From Spirochaetia bacterium (GTDB lineage Bacteria; Spirochaetota; Spirochaetia; SZUA-6; Bin103): DNA of 64,000 bases. Numbering within the stretch: position 1 is the stretch's first letter; every line of letters starts with the position of its first letter. The notes below the pieces were generated by a model that worked only from the letters and a program-made list of their open reading frames with translations, searched no databases and had not been told where the DNA came from. The DNA lies in assembly GCA_965208575.1 (NCBI GenBank), contig CBDBOV010000004.1, positions 352,001-416,000 of the forward strand. The letters are read 5' to 3'. Both the position numbers and the translations under genes were made by a program. Shown piece by piece: positions 9,024-20,353 of this stretch.

Positions 9024-10175
9024 GTGCCACAGATGAGAGACCCCGAGTACGTCCAGGTCCACAAGGATCCGGCGCATGCCACCAACCAGGTGAGCCTGGT
9101 GCAGCTTGCGGGCGGCGAACTGCTGCTCGGCTTCAACGAGGAACGCGGCCCTATCCATGCCGACAGCGGGCAGTCGTGCCTGATCAAGTCGCCCGACGGC
9201 GGGCGCACCTGGGATCCGGCGAGCAGGCGGGTGGTGTGGCCGTGCACCGAACACGCCGGCAACTGGGACTGCGCCTTCGGCCAGCTCACGGACGGCGTCA
9301 TCCTGATGCACACCAGGGTGTGCAGCTTCATCGACTCCGGCGGCGCCGGCGCACGCGACGATCCGCAGGCGCTGCGCTCCCCCACCCTGCGCGCGGAGCG
9401 GCTGAAGCGGCAGACCGGCTACGCCCTGCTCACCTCGCGCGACGATGGAGACACCTGGTCGGATCCCGTGGAGGTCAACACCTTCCCGATCACCGCGGCG
9501 TCACTCGGCCGCTACGCGTGCGGCAACTCCGGCGCCGGCCACGTGATCGAGCTTCCCGACGGTGTCGTCCTGATGCCGCTGTGCGGAACGATCAGCAACA
9601 ACGACACCACCGGCCCGGTGGGTGAAACCGGACGCAGTTTCCTGCTGCGTTCCGACGACGGCGGCGGCCACTGGGAGTACTGGTCCACCATCGCCTACGA
9701 TCCGGCGCACATCATCCACTTCCACGAGCCGGGCGTGACCCGGCTGCGCGATGGCCGCCTGATCGCCCTGCTGCGGGTGTCGCGGCGCCCCGGGCGCTAC
9801 GACAACCTGTGGTTCGCCTGCTCGGAGGACGACGGCGCAAGCTGGAGTCCGCCGCGGCGCACCAACATCTGGGGCTACCCGGCCGACGTCACGCAGCTCG
9901 GCGACGGCCGCGTGCTGGCCGTGTACGGTTACCGGCGCCCGCCCTGGGGGGTGCGCGGCTGTGTTTCCGCGGACGGCGTGACCTGGGACGTGGCCAACGA
10001 ATTCGTGATCCGCGAGGGCGGCGCCGCCGATCCCGCGGTGCCGTTCTATTGGCACATCGGCTACCCGAGCGTGGCGCAGACCCCGGACGGCACCATCGTC
10101 GCCGCCTACCACGAGTACAGCGACGATCCGCGGCCGGTGCAGTTCATCTGCTGCACCCGCTTTCACCTGGACTGA
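9024..10175 (+). CDS. Asp-box (BNR) beta-propeller, sialidase-like hydrolase
   Basis: Repeated S-x-D-x-G-x-(T/H/S)-W boxes (SPDGGRTW, SRDDGDTW, SDDGGGHW, SEDDGASW) and IGYPS near the C-terminus. Confidence 0.88.
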   Translation: MPQMRDPEYVQVHKDPAHATNQVSLVQLAGGELLLGFNEERGPIHADSGQSCLIKSPDGGRTWDPASRRVVWPCTEHAGNWDCAFGQLTDGVILMHTRVCSFIDSGGAGARDDPQALRSPTLRAERLKRQTGYALLTSRDDGDTWSDPVEVNTFPITAASLGRYACGNSGAGHVIELPDGVVLMPLCGTISNNDTTGPVGETGRSFLLRSDDGGGHWEYWSTIAYDPAHIIHFHEPGVTRLRDGRLIALLRVSRRPGRYDNLWFACSEDDGASWSPPRRTNIWGYPADVTQLGDGRVLAVYGYRRPPWGVRGCVSADGVTWDVANEFVIREGGAADPAVPFYWHIGYPSVAQTPDGTIVAAYHEYSDDPRPVQFICCTRFHLD

Positions 10176-10189
10176 GGAGCACCTGCGAC

Positions 10190-11809
10190 GTGAAGATTCC
10201 CGAGCACTCCCTGCACCATACCACCTTCGACGCGTGGCGCAGCCCCGGACGGTTCACCAAGAACCCCGACATCGTGCGCCTGCCCACCGGCCGGCTGCTG
10301 CTGGTATACGCCGACACCGACCAGCACTGGGCGAGCGACTACGTGATCCTCATCCTGCTGGCCAGCGACGACGGCGGCCGCACCTGGCACAAGCAGGCGG
10401 AGGTGGCGCGCGCGGACCTGCAGGCCGGCGAGGAGCGCCTGGTCACGCCGCGCCTGAGCCGGCTCGGCGACGGCCGGCTGGTGGTGCTGTGCGACCGCGA
10501 CGACGACGGCCACTTCCACCCCGACCAGCCGCCCGCCAACCTGGCGTGGTGGAGCGGCGACGACGGGCAGACCTGGGGGCCGGCGCGGGAGACCGGCATC
10601 ATGGGCTTCGAGCCGGATCGCATGCTGGAGCTGGGCAACGGCAAGCTGGCCGTGCTGACCCACATCATGCGCCCCGACAGCCAGGAGTTCGCCGAGATCC
10701 TGTCGCTGTCGGAGGACGGCGGCACGACGTGGCGGGAGGCGGCGGAGGTGGCGCACGACGGCTACCACCGCTTCTGCGAGGGTGCGCTGGTGTTCCTGGA
10801 TGGCGGTCCCGACGGCGGAGCGGGCGCGGGCGGCGAGCTGGCGTGCGTGATGCGCGAGAACCACTCCGCCGGCATCCCGAGTTTCGTGGCGTTTTCGAGC
10901 GACCACGGGGAGACCTGGACACCACCGCAGATGTGCCCGTTCGCGCTGCACCGGCCGTACGCCAAGCGGCTGGCCGACGGGCGCGTGCTGGTGACCGGGC
11001 GCCACGTCAACGGCGGCCTCGGCACCTACGCCTGGTGCGGCGACCTGCGCGCCGAGGCGGGCACCTACCAGGTGGGCGGACCGCGCCGCAGGTTCGCCGC
11101 CGAGCTGACCGGCGGCGCCCTGCGCATCGACAATCGCCCCGGCCACGAGTGCCGGTACCACCTGCTGCCGCCGGAGGGAGCCCACAGCGAGATCGTGTTC
11201 GAGGCGGAGGTGAAGGTGGCCGGCAGCGAGCCGGCGGCGTTCCTGTCGATCTCGCGGCTGCGCTCCAACCGCGGCCCGGTGGTGCTGTCGCTGGCCGGCG
11301 ATCACCTGTCGCTGGCCGACCGGCGCCCGGCGGCGGTGGACTTCTCCCGCTTCCGGACGGTGCGGATTTCGCACCGGCGCGGGCTGCTGCAGGTACGCGT
11401 GGACGGCGCGGTGGTGCGCTCGGCGAGCGTGTTCCACGAGGAGCTGGTGCTGAGCGAGTTCATGCGCGGCGGCCCGCTGCACGCGCGCACCACGTTCGGG
11501 CAGCTCGGCGATTCCGGCACCAGTTGGTGGCGGCGGGTGCGCTACGAGACGCGCAATCCGCGGCTCGTCGACTGGCGCTGGAGCTGGGCGGCGGCCGACG
11601 GCGCCTGGCCCGACCAGTACCAGCGCGACCGGCTCACCCAGGTGCACGGCAACCACCCGGACCAGAAGCCGGGACCCGACCACGGCTACTCCTCCTGGCT
11701 GCAGCAGGAGGACGGCACCATCGTGTTCGTGGACTACACCAACCTCGGCGACGAAGGCGGCAAGAGCCACCTGGTCGGCGCCTTCATCGACCCCCGCGAC
11801 CTCGCCTGA
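10190..11809 (+). CDS. Asp-box sialidase-like hydrolase with an inserted beta-sandwich domain
   Basis: GAGGAG RBS and GTG 10190. Asp boxes SDDGGRTW, SGDDGQTW, SEDGGTTW, SSDHGETW and terminal DHGYS. Confidence 0.85.
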   Translation: MKIPEHSLHHTTFDAWRSPGRFTKNPDIVRLPTGRLLLVYADTDQHWASDYVILILLASDDGGRTWHKQAEVARADLQAGEERLVTPRLSRLGDGRLVVLCDRDDDGHFHPDQPPANLAWWSGDDGQTWGPARETGIMGFEPDRMLELGNGKLAVLTHIMRPDSQEFAEILSLSEDGGTTWREAAEVAHDGYHRFCEGALVFLDGGPDGGAGAGGELACVMRENHSAGIPSFVAFSSDHGETWTPPQMCPFALHRPYAKRLADGRVLVTGRHVNGGLGTYAWCGDLRAEAGTYQVGGPRRRFAAELTGGALRIDNRPGHECRYHLLPPEGAHSEIVFEAEVKVAGSEPAAFLSISRLRSNRGPVVLSLAGDHLSLADRRPAAVDFSRFRTVRISHRRGLLQVRVDGAVVRSASVFHEELVLSEFMRGGPLHARTTFGQLGDSGTSWWRRVRYETRNPRLVDWRWSWAAADGAWPDQYQRDRLTQVHGNHPDQKPGPDHGYSSWLQQEDGTIVFVDYTNLGDEGGKSHLVGAFIDPRDLA

Positions 11810-11861
11810 AACCGCGGGCCTCTGCCCACGGCGGCGGTGACGCGGTATCCTGAGAGCGACG

Positions 11862-12386
11862 ATGACCCTGCGTGAGCTGTTCGCCGCCGTGGACGAGGTA
11901 CGCGTGCCGCTGCTGATCGCACTGGGCGGCGTGGTGGTGCTGACTGCCCTGATCGGTGTCCTGCACGGGCGCGGCAACGGCGGGCGGGCGCCGTGGCGCT
12001 ACCTGTATGCATTCCTGGTGTACGCGGCGTGCGCGCCGGGCATCTTCGCCGCGGTGGCGGTGGTGTATGCCCTGCTGTTCAGCGGCGACAACCTGCTGGA
12101 TCTGAACGCTGCCACCTACGTGGCGCCGATCGCGGCAATGGTGCTGACTCTCGGTGTGATGCGCCGCAACGTCAGCTTCGACGAGGTGCCGGGCTTCGAC
12201 CGCATCACCGGACTGATGACCATGATCGCCGCGGTGTTCGCGATCGCCCTGATCTTGCGCAGCCTGCGCGTGTGGCTGTTCTTCAGCGCGTCCCTGATCT
12301 GGTTCTTCGTACTGGTGGTCGCGCTGTTCGTGCTGGTCAAGTGGGGCGGCCGGCTGCTGTTCGGGCGCCGCCGGCAGCGCTCGTGA
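11862..12386 (+). CDS. Hypothetical membrane protein
   Basis: About 5 hydrophobic segments. GTGA overlap with moeA. Confidence 0.75.
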   Translation: MTLRELFAAVDEVRVPLLIALGGVVVLTALIGVLHGRGNGGRAPWRYLYAFLVYAACAPGIFAAVAVVYALLFSGDNLLDLNAATYVAPIAAMVLTLGVMRRNVSFDEVPGFDRITGLMTMIAAVFAIALILRSLRVWLFFSASLIWFFVLVVALFVLVKWGGRLLFGRRRQRS

Positions 12387-13759
12387 GTACTCACTCGGCT
12401 GACCCGGTCCGCGCGCTCCGCACCAACCTCCCCTACCGGACGGCGCTGAGCCTGGTCCTCGATGCCGGCGCGCCGCTGGCGGCGACCACGGTGGTGCTGG
12501 ACGAGGCGGTGGGCCGCGTCACGGCGCGTGCGGTGGTCAGTACCGAGACTTCACCCAACGCCGACCTGGCGGCGATGGACGGCTACGCCGTACGCGCCGG
12601 CGATCTGCACGGCGCAACGGCCGCGACGCCGGGCCGGCTGGCCGTCATCGGCGCCGTTGCGGCCGGCGAGCAGCCGCCACCGGGCGCGACCGCCGCCGGC
12701 GTGGTTCGTATCGCCACCGGCGCGCTGCTGCCGGACGGGTACGACACCGTGGTGCCGTTCGAGGAGGTCACCGAAGCGAGCGGCGCAATCGAAGTGTCGG
12801 CGCCGGTGGCGGCGGGCGCCAACGTACGCCGGCGGGGCGAGGATCACCGCCCGGGGGACGTGCTGCTGGAAGCCGGGCGGCGCATCGGCCCGCCGCACGT
12901 GCTGCTGCTCGCCAACGTGGGCTGCGCGCAGGTCCCGGTCGTGCGCCGGCCGCGGGTGGCGGTGCTGGCCACCGGCAGCGAGCTGGTGGAGGACCTCAGC
13001 GCCGCCCTGCAGCCGGGACAGGTGCGCAACTCGAACGCGCGCTACCTGGTGGCGGCGCTGCATGCCGCCGGCTGCGAGCCCGTTCTGCTCCCCGCCGCCG
13101 GTGACGACCCGGACGTGATCGCCGAGCGGGTGCGCGATGCGTTCGATGTGGACCAGTCGGCCGCGGACCTGGCCGTCACCATCGGCGGCGTGTCGCGCGG
13201 CGCCGCCGACTTCGTGCCCGCGGCGCTGGCCGCCCTGCACGCCGAGGTGCTGTTCCACGGGGTGGCGATCCGTCCCGGCAAGCCGGTGCTGTGCGCCCGC
13301 CTGCCGGAACGCCGCGCGATGCTGTTCGGTCTGCCCGGCAACCCGCTGGCGGTGCTGGCCACGTTCCGGGCTTTGGTGGCCCCTCATCTGCGTGCCTTGC
13401 AGGGCCGGCCTCCCTCGGAGCCGGTCGCCGCCCGTCTGGCAGCCGCCGTAGCCGGTCGCCCGGGCCTGACGCGATTGGTGCTCGGGCATCGCATCGCGGT
13501 CGCTACCGCGACTGCGTTCGCGGACGGCATCGACCAGGTAGCTCCCATGCGGCGGCAGAAGGCATCCGAGGTGGCCGCGTTGCGCCACGCCGACCGCTGG
13601 CTGGTGATACCGCCGGAGGCCGCCGAGTTGCCCGCGGGCTCCGAAGTCGAGACGCTGCCGCTGTGGTGCCGCAGCACGTCTCCGTCGTCCGCCAACGTGC
13701 TTGCAGAAACCGCCCGTTTCGCGGAGCATGGCAGCATCCGAGGAGGTCTCGTGACATGA
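12383..13759 (+). CDS. moeA: Molybdopterin molybdenumtransferase MoeA
   Basis: AAMDGYAV, RIATGA, TGSEL, GGVS, RPGKP and LPGNP motifs. Confidence 0.93.
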   Translation: MSTHSADPVRALRTNLPYRTALSLVLDAGAPLAATTVVLDEAVGRVTARAVVSTETSPNADLAAMDGYAVRAGDLHGATAATPGRLAVIGAVAAGEQPPPGATAAGVVRIATGALLPDGYDTVVPFEEVTEASGAIEVSAPVAAGANVRRRGEDHRPGDVLLEAGRRIGPPHVLLLANVGCAQVPVVRRPRVAVLATGSELVEDLSAALQPGQVRNSNARYLVAALHAAGCEPVLLPAAGDDPDVIAERVRDAFDVDQSAADLAVTIGGVSRGAADFVPAALAALHAEVLFHGVAIRPGKPVLCARLPERRAMLFGLPGNPLAVLATFRALVAPHLRALQGRPPSEPVAARLAAAVAGRPGLTRLVLGHRIAVATATAFADGIDQVAPMRRQKASEVAALRHADRWLVIPPEAAELPAGSEVETLPLWCRSTSPSSANVLAETARFAEHGSIRGGLVT

Positions 13760-14748
13760 AACGAATCCTTATCGCGGCAGGGATGGCCCTGCTGCTGGTC
13801 GCCGCCGCCGGGGCGGACGAAATCAAGCCGGCCGTGGTATTCGACATGGGCGGCAAGTTCGACAAGTCGTTCAACGAGGGCATCTACAACGGCGTAGAGA
13901 AGTTCCGGGAAGAAACCGGCATCGAGTACGGCGAGTTCGAAGTGACCAACGAGGCACAGCGCGAGCAGGCGCTGCGCAACTTCGCGCGCCGCGGCTACAA
14001 CCCGATCATCGCCGTCGGCTTCGGGCAGGCGCCGGCGCTCGACAAGGTGGCCGCCGAGTATCCCCACACCAGCTTCTCGATCATCGACATGGTGGTGGAC
14101 CAGCCCAACGTGCAGTCGATCGTGTTCAAGGAGCATGAAGGCTCGTTCCTGGTCGGCATGATCGCGGCGCTCGCCTCGGAGACCGGCAAGGTCGGCTTCG
14201 TCGGCGGCATGGACATTCCGTTGATCCGCCGCTTCGCGTGCGGCTACGAACAGGGCGTGATGTACGTCAACTCCGACGCGCAGGTGTACCAGAACATGAC
14301 CGGCACCACGCCCGCGGCGTGGAACGACCCGGTGAAGGGCGCCGAGCTGGCCAAGTCACAGTTCGACCGCGGCGCCGACATCGTGTTCGCCGCCGCCGGC
14401 GGCACCGGGCTCGGCGTGCTGCAGGCGGCAGCCGACGGCGGCAAGCTGTCGATCGGCGTCGACTCCAACCAGAACTACCTGCATCCCGGATCGGTGCTCA
14501 CCTCGATGCTGAAGCGCGTCGACGTGGCCGCCTACGAGGTGTTCAAGACCGCCATGGATCACACTTGGGCGGCGGGAATCAAGGACCTGGGGCTGGCCGA
14601 GGACGGCGTCGGCTGGGCGCTGGACGAGCATAACGGCGGCCTGATCACCGACGAGATGGAGGCGCAGGTGGAAGCCGCCCGAGCGGCGATCGTCGCCGGT
14701 GAGATGAGCGTCCACGACTACATGTCCGACAACTCCTGCACGTACTGA
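13756..14748 (+). CDS. BMP family (nucleoside/purine) ABC substrate-binding protein
   Basis: GGAGG RBS, signal peptide, GGKFDKSFNE, IGVDSNQ, SMLKRVD. Confidence 0.93.
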   Translation: MKRILIAAGMALLLVAAAGADEIKPAVVFDMGGKFDKSFNEGIYNGVEKFREETGIEYGEFEVTNEAQREQALRNFARRGYNPIIAVGFGQAPALDKVAAEYPHTSFSIIDMVVDQPNVQSIVFKEHEGSFLVGMIAALASETGKVGFVGGMDIPLIRRFACGYEQGVMYVNSDAQVYQNMTGTTPAAWNDPVKGAELAKSQFDRGADIVFAAAGGTGLGVLQAAADGGKLSIGVDSNQNYLHPGSVLTSMLKRVDVAAYEVFKTAMDHTWAAGIKDLGLAEDGVGWALDEHNGGLITDEMEAQVEAARAAIVAGEMSVHDYMSDNSCTY

Positions 14749-16304
14749 CCAAAGCCCCGGACGCCGAGCCGACCGCTGCGCCGCCTGCTGTCGCATTGCG
14801 CTGCATCGACAAGCGGTTCGGCTCGGTGCAGGCCAACCGCGCCGTCTCGGTAGAGGTCGCCAAGGGGTCGATTCACGGCATTATCGGCGAGAACGGTGCC
14901 GGCAAGTCGACCCTGATGAGCATTCTGTATGGCTTCTACCAGGCCGACTCCGGCAGCATCGAGATCGACGGCAGGCCGGCGGCGATCGCCAGTCCCGGCG
15001 ATGCCATCGCCGCCGGCATCGGCATGGTGCACCAGCACTTCATGCTGGTGGAGCCGCTCACGGTGCTGGAGAACGTGCTGCTGGGCGCGGAGGACGGACC
15101 CCTGCTGCGCGACGGCCTGCGGCGGGCGCGCGGCGACCTGGACCGCCTGGAGCGGGACTACGGGCTGGAGGTCGACGTCGACGCGGCGGTCGGCGACCTG
15201 CCGGTCGGCATCCAGCAGCGCGTCGAGATTCTCAAGGCGCTCTACCGCGGCGCCGAGACCCTGATTCTGGACGAACCGACCGGCGTCCTGACGCCGCAGG
15301 AGGCGGACGACCTGTTCCGCATCCTGGCCGCGCTCAAGCGGCAGGGCCGCACGATCATCCTGATCACCCACAAGCTGCGCGAGATCATGGCGATCACCGA
15401 CCGGGTCACGGTGATGCGCCGCGGATCGGTCGTGGCCAACGTGCGCACCGCCGACACCTCGCGCGAACACCTGGCGGAGCTGATGGTGGGCCGCAAGGTG
15501 CTGCTGCGCGTCGACAAGGGTGCCGCGCAGCCGGGCGAGGTGCTGCTGGAGGCGCGCAACCTGGAGTCGGTCGACGACGCCGGCGTGCGGCGGGTCAAGG
15601 ACGTGAGCCTGACCGTGCGGCGCGGTGAGATCGTCGGCGTGGCCGGCGTGGCCGGCAACGGCCAGTCGGAACTGCTGGAGCTGTTGAGCGGCATCCGCCG
15701 GCCCGCCTCCGGTTCGTTGACGGTGAGTGGCCGCCTGTGCTGGTCGGACGTGGAGCGCACCGACGCGCGCCGCATGCGGACCGGGGGCCTGGCGCACATA
15801 CCGGAGGATCGGCAGCGGATGGGACTGGTGACCGCGTTCACCGCCAGCGAGTCGAGCATCCTCGGCTACCAGGACGATGCCGCCTACAACGGGCCGATCC
15901 TGATGCATCGCAGGCGGATCGTGGCATCGTGCCGCCGCCAGATGGAGGAGTACGACGTGCGTCCGCCCGATCCGATGCTGTTCAGCAGCGGCTTCTCGGG
16001 CGGCAACCAGCAGAAGATCATCGTCGCGCGCGAGCTCGACCGCGATCCGGAGGTACTGCTGATCGGACAGCCGACGCGCGGCCTCGACATCGGCGCCATC
16101 GAGTCGATCCACCGCCGCATCGTCGAACTGCGCGATCGCGGCAAGGCGATCCTGCTGGTGTCGGTGGAGCTGGATGAGATCGTGTCGCTGAGCGACCGCA
16201 TCGTGGTGATGTTCGACGGCGCGGTCGCCGGCGAAGTCGCGGCCGCCGATGCCACCGAGCAACTGCTCGGCAGCCTGATGGCCGGCATCGGGAGCGGCTC
16301 CTAG
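14745..16304 (+). CDS. Nucleoside ABC transporter ATP-binding protein with tandem NBDs (start CTG 14745 or TTG 14796)
   Basis: GENGAGKST, LILDEPT, SGGNQQK, QPTRGLDIG. Confidence 0.93.
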   Translation: MTKAPDAEPTAAPPAVALRCIDKRFGSVQANRAVSVEVAKGSIHGIIGENGAGKSTLMSILYGFYQADSGSIEIDGRPAAIASPGDAIAAGIGMVHQHFMLVEPLTVLENVLLGAEDGPLLRDGLRRARGDLDRLERDYGLEVDVDAAVGDLPVGIQQRVEILKALYRGAETLILDEPTGVLTPQEADDLFRILAALKRQGRTIILITHKLREIMAITDRVTVMRRGSVVANVRTADTSREHLAELMVGRKVLLRVDKGAAQPGEVLLEARNLESVDDAGVRRVKDVSLTVRRGEIVGVAGVAGNGQSELLELLSGIRRPASGSLTVSGRLCWSDVERTDARRMRTGGLAHIPEDRQRMGLVTAFTASESSILGYQDDAAYNGPILMHRRRIVASCRRQMEEYDVRPPDPMLFSSGFSGGNQQKIIVARELDRDPEVLLIGQPTRGLDIGAIESIHRRIVELRDRGKAILLVSVELDEIVSLSDRIVVMFDGAVAGEVAAADATEQLLGSLMAGIGSGS

Positions 16305-16307
16305 CGC

Positions 16308-17437
16308 ATGGCTACCACGGGCGCGGGCGCCGGGCTGCCGCGCTGGGCGGCCAACGGGGTGCTGCCGCTGGTGAACCTGGTAGCGGCGTTCGTGGTGTCC
16401 GGGATCGTCATCATGATCCTGGGCGAGAGCCCGGTGGAAGCGATGCTGGCGCTGGTGCGCGGCGCGTTCGGGTTCGGCGAGGCGTGGGGCTACACGCTCT
16501 ACTACGCGACCAACTTCATCTTTACCGCCCTGGCGTTCTCGATAGCCATGCACTGCGGGCTGTTCAACATCGGCGGCGAGGGACAGGGCTACATCGGCGG
16601 CCTCGGCGTGGGGCTGGCCTGCCTGTACCTGGACGTCCTGCCGTTCTTCCTGCTGGTGCCGGTGGCGATCATCGGCGGCGCCCTGTTCGGAGCGGCGTGG
16701 GCGTGGGTGCCCGCCTACCTGCAGGCGCGGCGCGGCTCGCACGTAGTGATCACCACCATCATGTTCAACTTCATCGCCGCCACGGTGATGGTCTACCTGC
16801 TGGTCAACGTGCTCATCGAACCGGGGCAGATGTCGCCGCAGAGCCGCGACTTCGCGGAGCACGCGCGGTTGCCGGCGATGCACGAAATTATGGCGTGGCT
16901 GGGGATCGACTTCCCGCGCACGCCGCTGAACGCGGCCTTCCTGTGGGCGCTGGCGTGCGCGGTGCTGGTGTGGGTGTACGTGTGGCACACGCGCTGGGGC
17001 TACGAGCTGCGCACCGTCGGCGCCAACCCGGACGCCGCCGTGTACGCCGGCATCTCGCCGGCGCGCAACATCATCCGCGCCATGGTGGTCTCCGGCGCGC
17101 TGGCCGGGATGATGGGGCTGAACGAGGTGATGGGCGTGAATCAGCGCCTGCTGCTGAACTTCACCGCCGGCTACGGCTTTGTCGGCATCGCGGTGGCGCT
17201 GATGGGGCGCAACCATCCGGCCGGAATCCTGGTGGCCAGCCTGCTGTTCGGCGCGCTCTACCAGGGCGGCGCGGAGCTGGCGTTCGAGATGCCGCGCGTG
17301 AGCCGGGAGCTGGTGGTGGTGATCCAGGGGCTGGTGATCATGTTCGTGGGCGCGTTGGAGTTCCTGTTCCTGCCCGCGCTGAGGCCGTGGCTGCGGGCGC
17401 GCCGGGAGGCGGCCGCGGCACCCGAGGAGCGCGCCTG

Positions 17438-17438
<1 letters not shown>
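16308..17438 (+). CDS. Nucleoside ABC transporter permease
   Basis: GLFNIGGEGQ, GYELRTVGAN, GFVGIAVALMG. Confidence 0.92.
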
Positions 17439-18475
<1,037 letters not shown>

Positions 18476-18495
18476 CTCGTTCACTCGCACGACGG

Positions 18496-18524
18496 TTGAC
18501 GATGGCGCCGAACGATCCTACCGT
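18496..18524 (+). promoter_or_regulatory. Sigma70-type promoter of the PhyH gene
   Basis: TTGACG-17-TACCGT. Confidence 0.6.
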
Positions 18525-18534
18525 GCCTGCGACG

Positions 18535-19305
18535 ATGGGCGACGTGACCAGCGAACCGGCGCGGGGCGATGCGTTCGGTGCAGACGGCTTCGTGCAACTG
18601 AGCGGCTTCTACTCGCCCAGCCAGGTAGCCGAGGTACATGCAAACATCGCGCGTTACATCCGCGAGGTGGTGCCGGCCGCGCCGGCTACCGACGTGTTCT
18701 ACGAGGACAAGGCGCGTCCGGAGACGCTGAAACAACTCATCCGCCTGCACGAGCATGACGCGTACTTTCGCAGCTTGCTGGAGGAGGGACCGATGCGTGA
18801 CACGGCGGCCCGGCTGCTCGGGGAGGCGGTGCGGCCGGTCAATCAGCAGGTGTTCATCAAGCCGCCGGGCGGCGACAGCCGCCCCACTCCGCCGCACCAG
18901 GACGCCTATTACTTCCACCTCCAACCGTGCATCGCCACCACGCTGTGGCTGGCGCTGGACGACGTCGATGCCGAGAACGGCTGCCTGCGCTACGTGCGCG
19001 GCTCGCACCTGCGCGGCGTGCGCCCGCACCGGCGCACCGCGACGCTCGGTTTCTCGCAGGGGGTGAGTGATTTCGGCACGCCGGAGGACCTGGCCAACGA
19101 GGTGGCGTGCACGGCGCGCGTCGGCGACCTGATCGCCCATCACGCCATGACCATCCATCGCGCCGACGCCAACCGCGCCCCGGACCGGCCGCGCCGCGCC
19201 CTGGGGCTGATCTACTACGGGGTCAGCGCCCGCGAGAGCCTGGAGGAGCACGACGCCTACCAGCGCAAGCTCGCCGCCGAGATGAAACAGGCCGGCAGGA
19301 TCTGA
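18535..19305 (+). CDS. PhyH family dioxygenase (alternative start 18502)
   Basis: PPHQDAYY, LWLALDDVDAENGCL, IHRADAN...RR. Confidence 0.9.
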   Translation: MGDVTSEPARGDAFGADGFVQLSGFYSPSQVAEVHANIARYIREVVPAAPATDVFYEDKARPETLKQLIRLHEHDAYFRSLLEEGPMRDTAARLLGEAVRPVNQQVFIKPPGGDSRPTPPHQDAYYFHLQPCIATTLWLALDDVDAENGCLRYVRGSHLRGVRPHRRTATLGFSQGVSDFGTPEDLANEVACTARVGDLIAHHAMTIHRADANRAPDRPRRALGLIYYGVSARESLEEHDAYQRKLAAEMKQAGRI

Positions 19306-19344
19306 CCGGGTCGATGGAAGCGACGATCGTCGGGCCACCCGCCA

Positions 19345-19395
19345 CGCCCCATTCGCCGCATTGGCCGCACCGGCCGCACCGGCCGCACCGGCCGC
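19345..19395. repeat. 9-bp tandem repeat (ggccgcacc) with degenerate 5' copies
   Basis: cgccccatt-cgccgcatt-ggccgcacc x3-ggccgc. Confidence 0.8.
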
Positions 19396-19450
19396 CGGAA
19401 GCTGCGCGATGCCGTGGCGCCGCGTTGCGGTGACGCGCGCCCGTACCGCG

Positions 19451-20290
19451 GTGAAGCTGGCCCTGATTGCCGACATCCACGCAAATCTGCCCGCCCTGCA
19501 GGCAGTGCTGGCGGATGTCGACGCTTGGCGGCCCGATCTGGTGGTGGTGCTCGGCGACATCGTCAACCGAGGCCCCCACCCGCGCCAATGTCATGAGCTG
19601 ATCGACTCCCGCGCCCGTGCCGACGGCTGGCGTCTGCTGGCCGGCAACCACGAGGAGTACGTGTTGAGCAAGCACCTCAAGCCCGCCGCGCCCGGCACCC
19701 CGGCCTTCGCGATCCACCAGCACACCTACTGGACCGCCGGCCAGCTCTTCGGCCTGGTCGCCGCGCTGGGCGAGCTCCCCGATCGAGTCGACTTGGACTT
19801 CGCCGAACCGGCGGGCCGTGCGTCCTGTGTTCACGCCTCGCTGCGCGGCAACCGCGACGGCATCTACCCCGAAATGGACGACTGCGAGCTGGCCGCCAAG
19901 GTCGACGGCGGCGCGCGGCTGTTCGCGGTCGGTCATACTCACCGGCCCCTGATTCGCGACCTGGGCGGCACGCTGGTGGTCAACGTGGGTTCTGTGGGGT
20001 TGCCGTTCGACGGCGACCGGCGGGCCGGCTATGCGCGCGCCGTGGCCGGCCCGGGCGGCTGGCAGGTCACCATCCGCCGCCTCGCCTACGACTGGCAGCG
20101 AACACGCGCCGACTGCGTTGCGCCGGAGTTCATCGGGGGAAGCGGCGCCGTGGCACGCATCATTTGCCGTGAATTGGAGATAGCCCATCCCCTGCTGGCC
20201 AAGTGGACGTACTGCTTCGAGGAGCCGATCCTATCGGGCCGGATCACTGTCGAACATTCGGTGACCGAGTTTCTAACTGAGTGGAGTTGA
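19451..20290 (+). CDS. Calcineurin-like metallophosphoesterase
   Basis: DIH, GD, GNHE and GHTH motifs, NVGSVG. Confidence 0.9.
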   Translation: MKLALIADIHANLPALQAVLADVDAWRPDLVVVLGDIVNRGPHPRQCHELIDSRARADGWRLLAGNHEEYVLSKHLKPAAPGTPAFAIHQHTYWTAGQLFGLVAALGELPDRVDLDFAEPAGRASCVHASLRGNRDGIYPEMDDCELAAKVDGGARLFAVGHTHRPLIRDLGGTLVVNVGSVGLPFDGDRRAGYARAVAGPGGWQVTIRRLAYDWQRTRADCVAPEFIGGSGAVARIICRELEIAHPLLAKWTYCFEEPILSGRITVEHSVTEFLTEWS

Positions 20291-20353
20291 CAGGTACAAG
20301 CAGGTCCCGGCAGCGCCCACTGTCTTCAGATCTCCAAGACGGGACGGTTGCTG

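Noticed and set aside
10163-17216. Long antisense and alternative-frame ORFs (e.g. 10163-11977, 14718-17216, also 46138-48591)
   Set aside because: These are shadow ORFs expected from GC-rich codon bias opposite well-supported genes, with no motifs.
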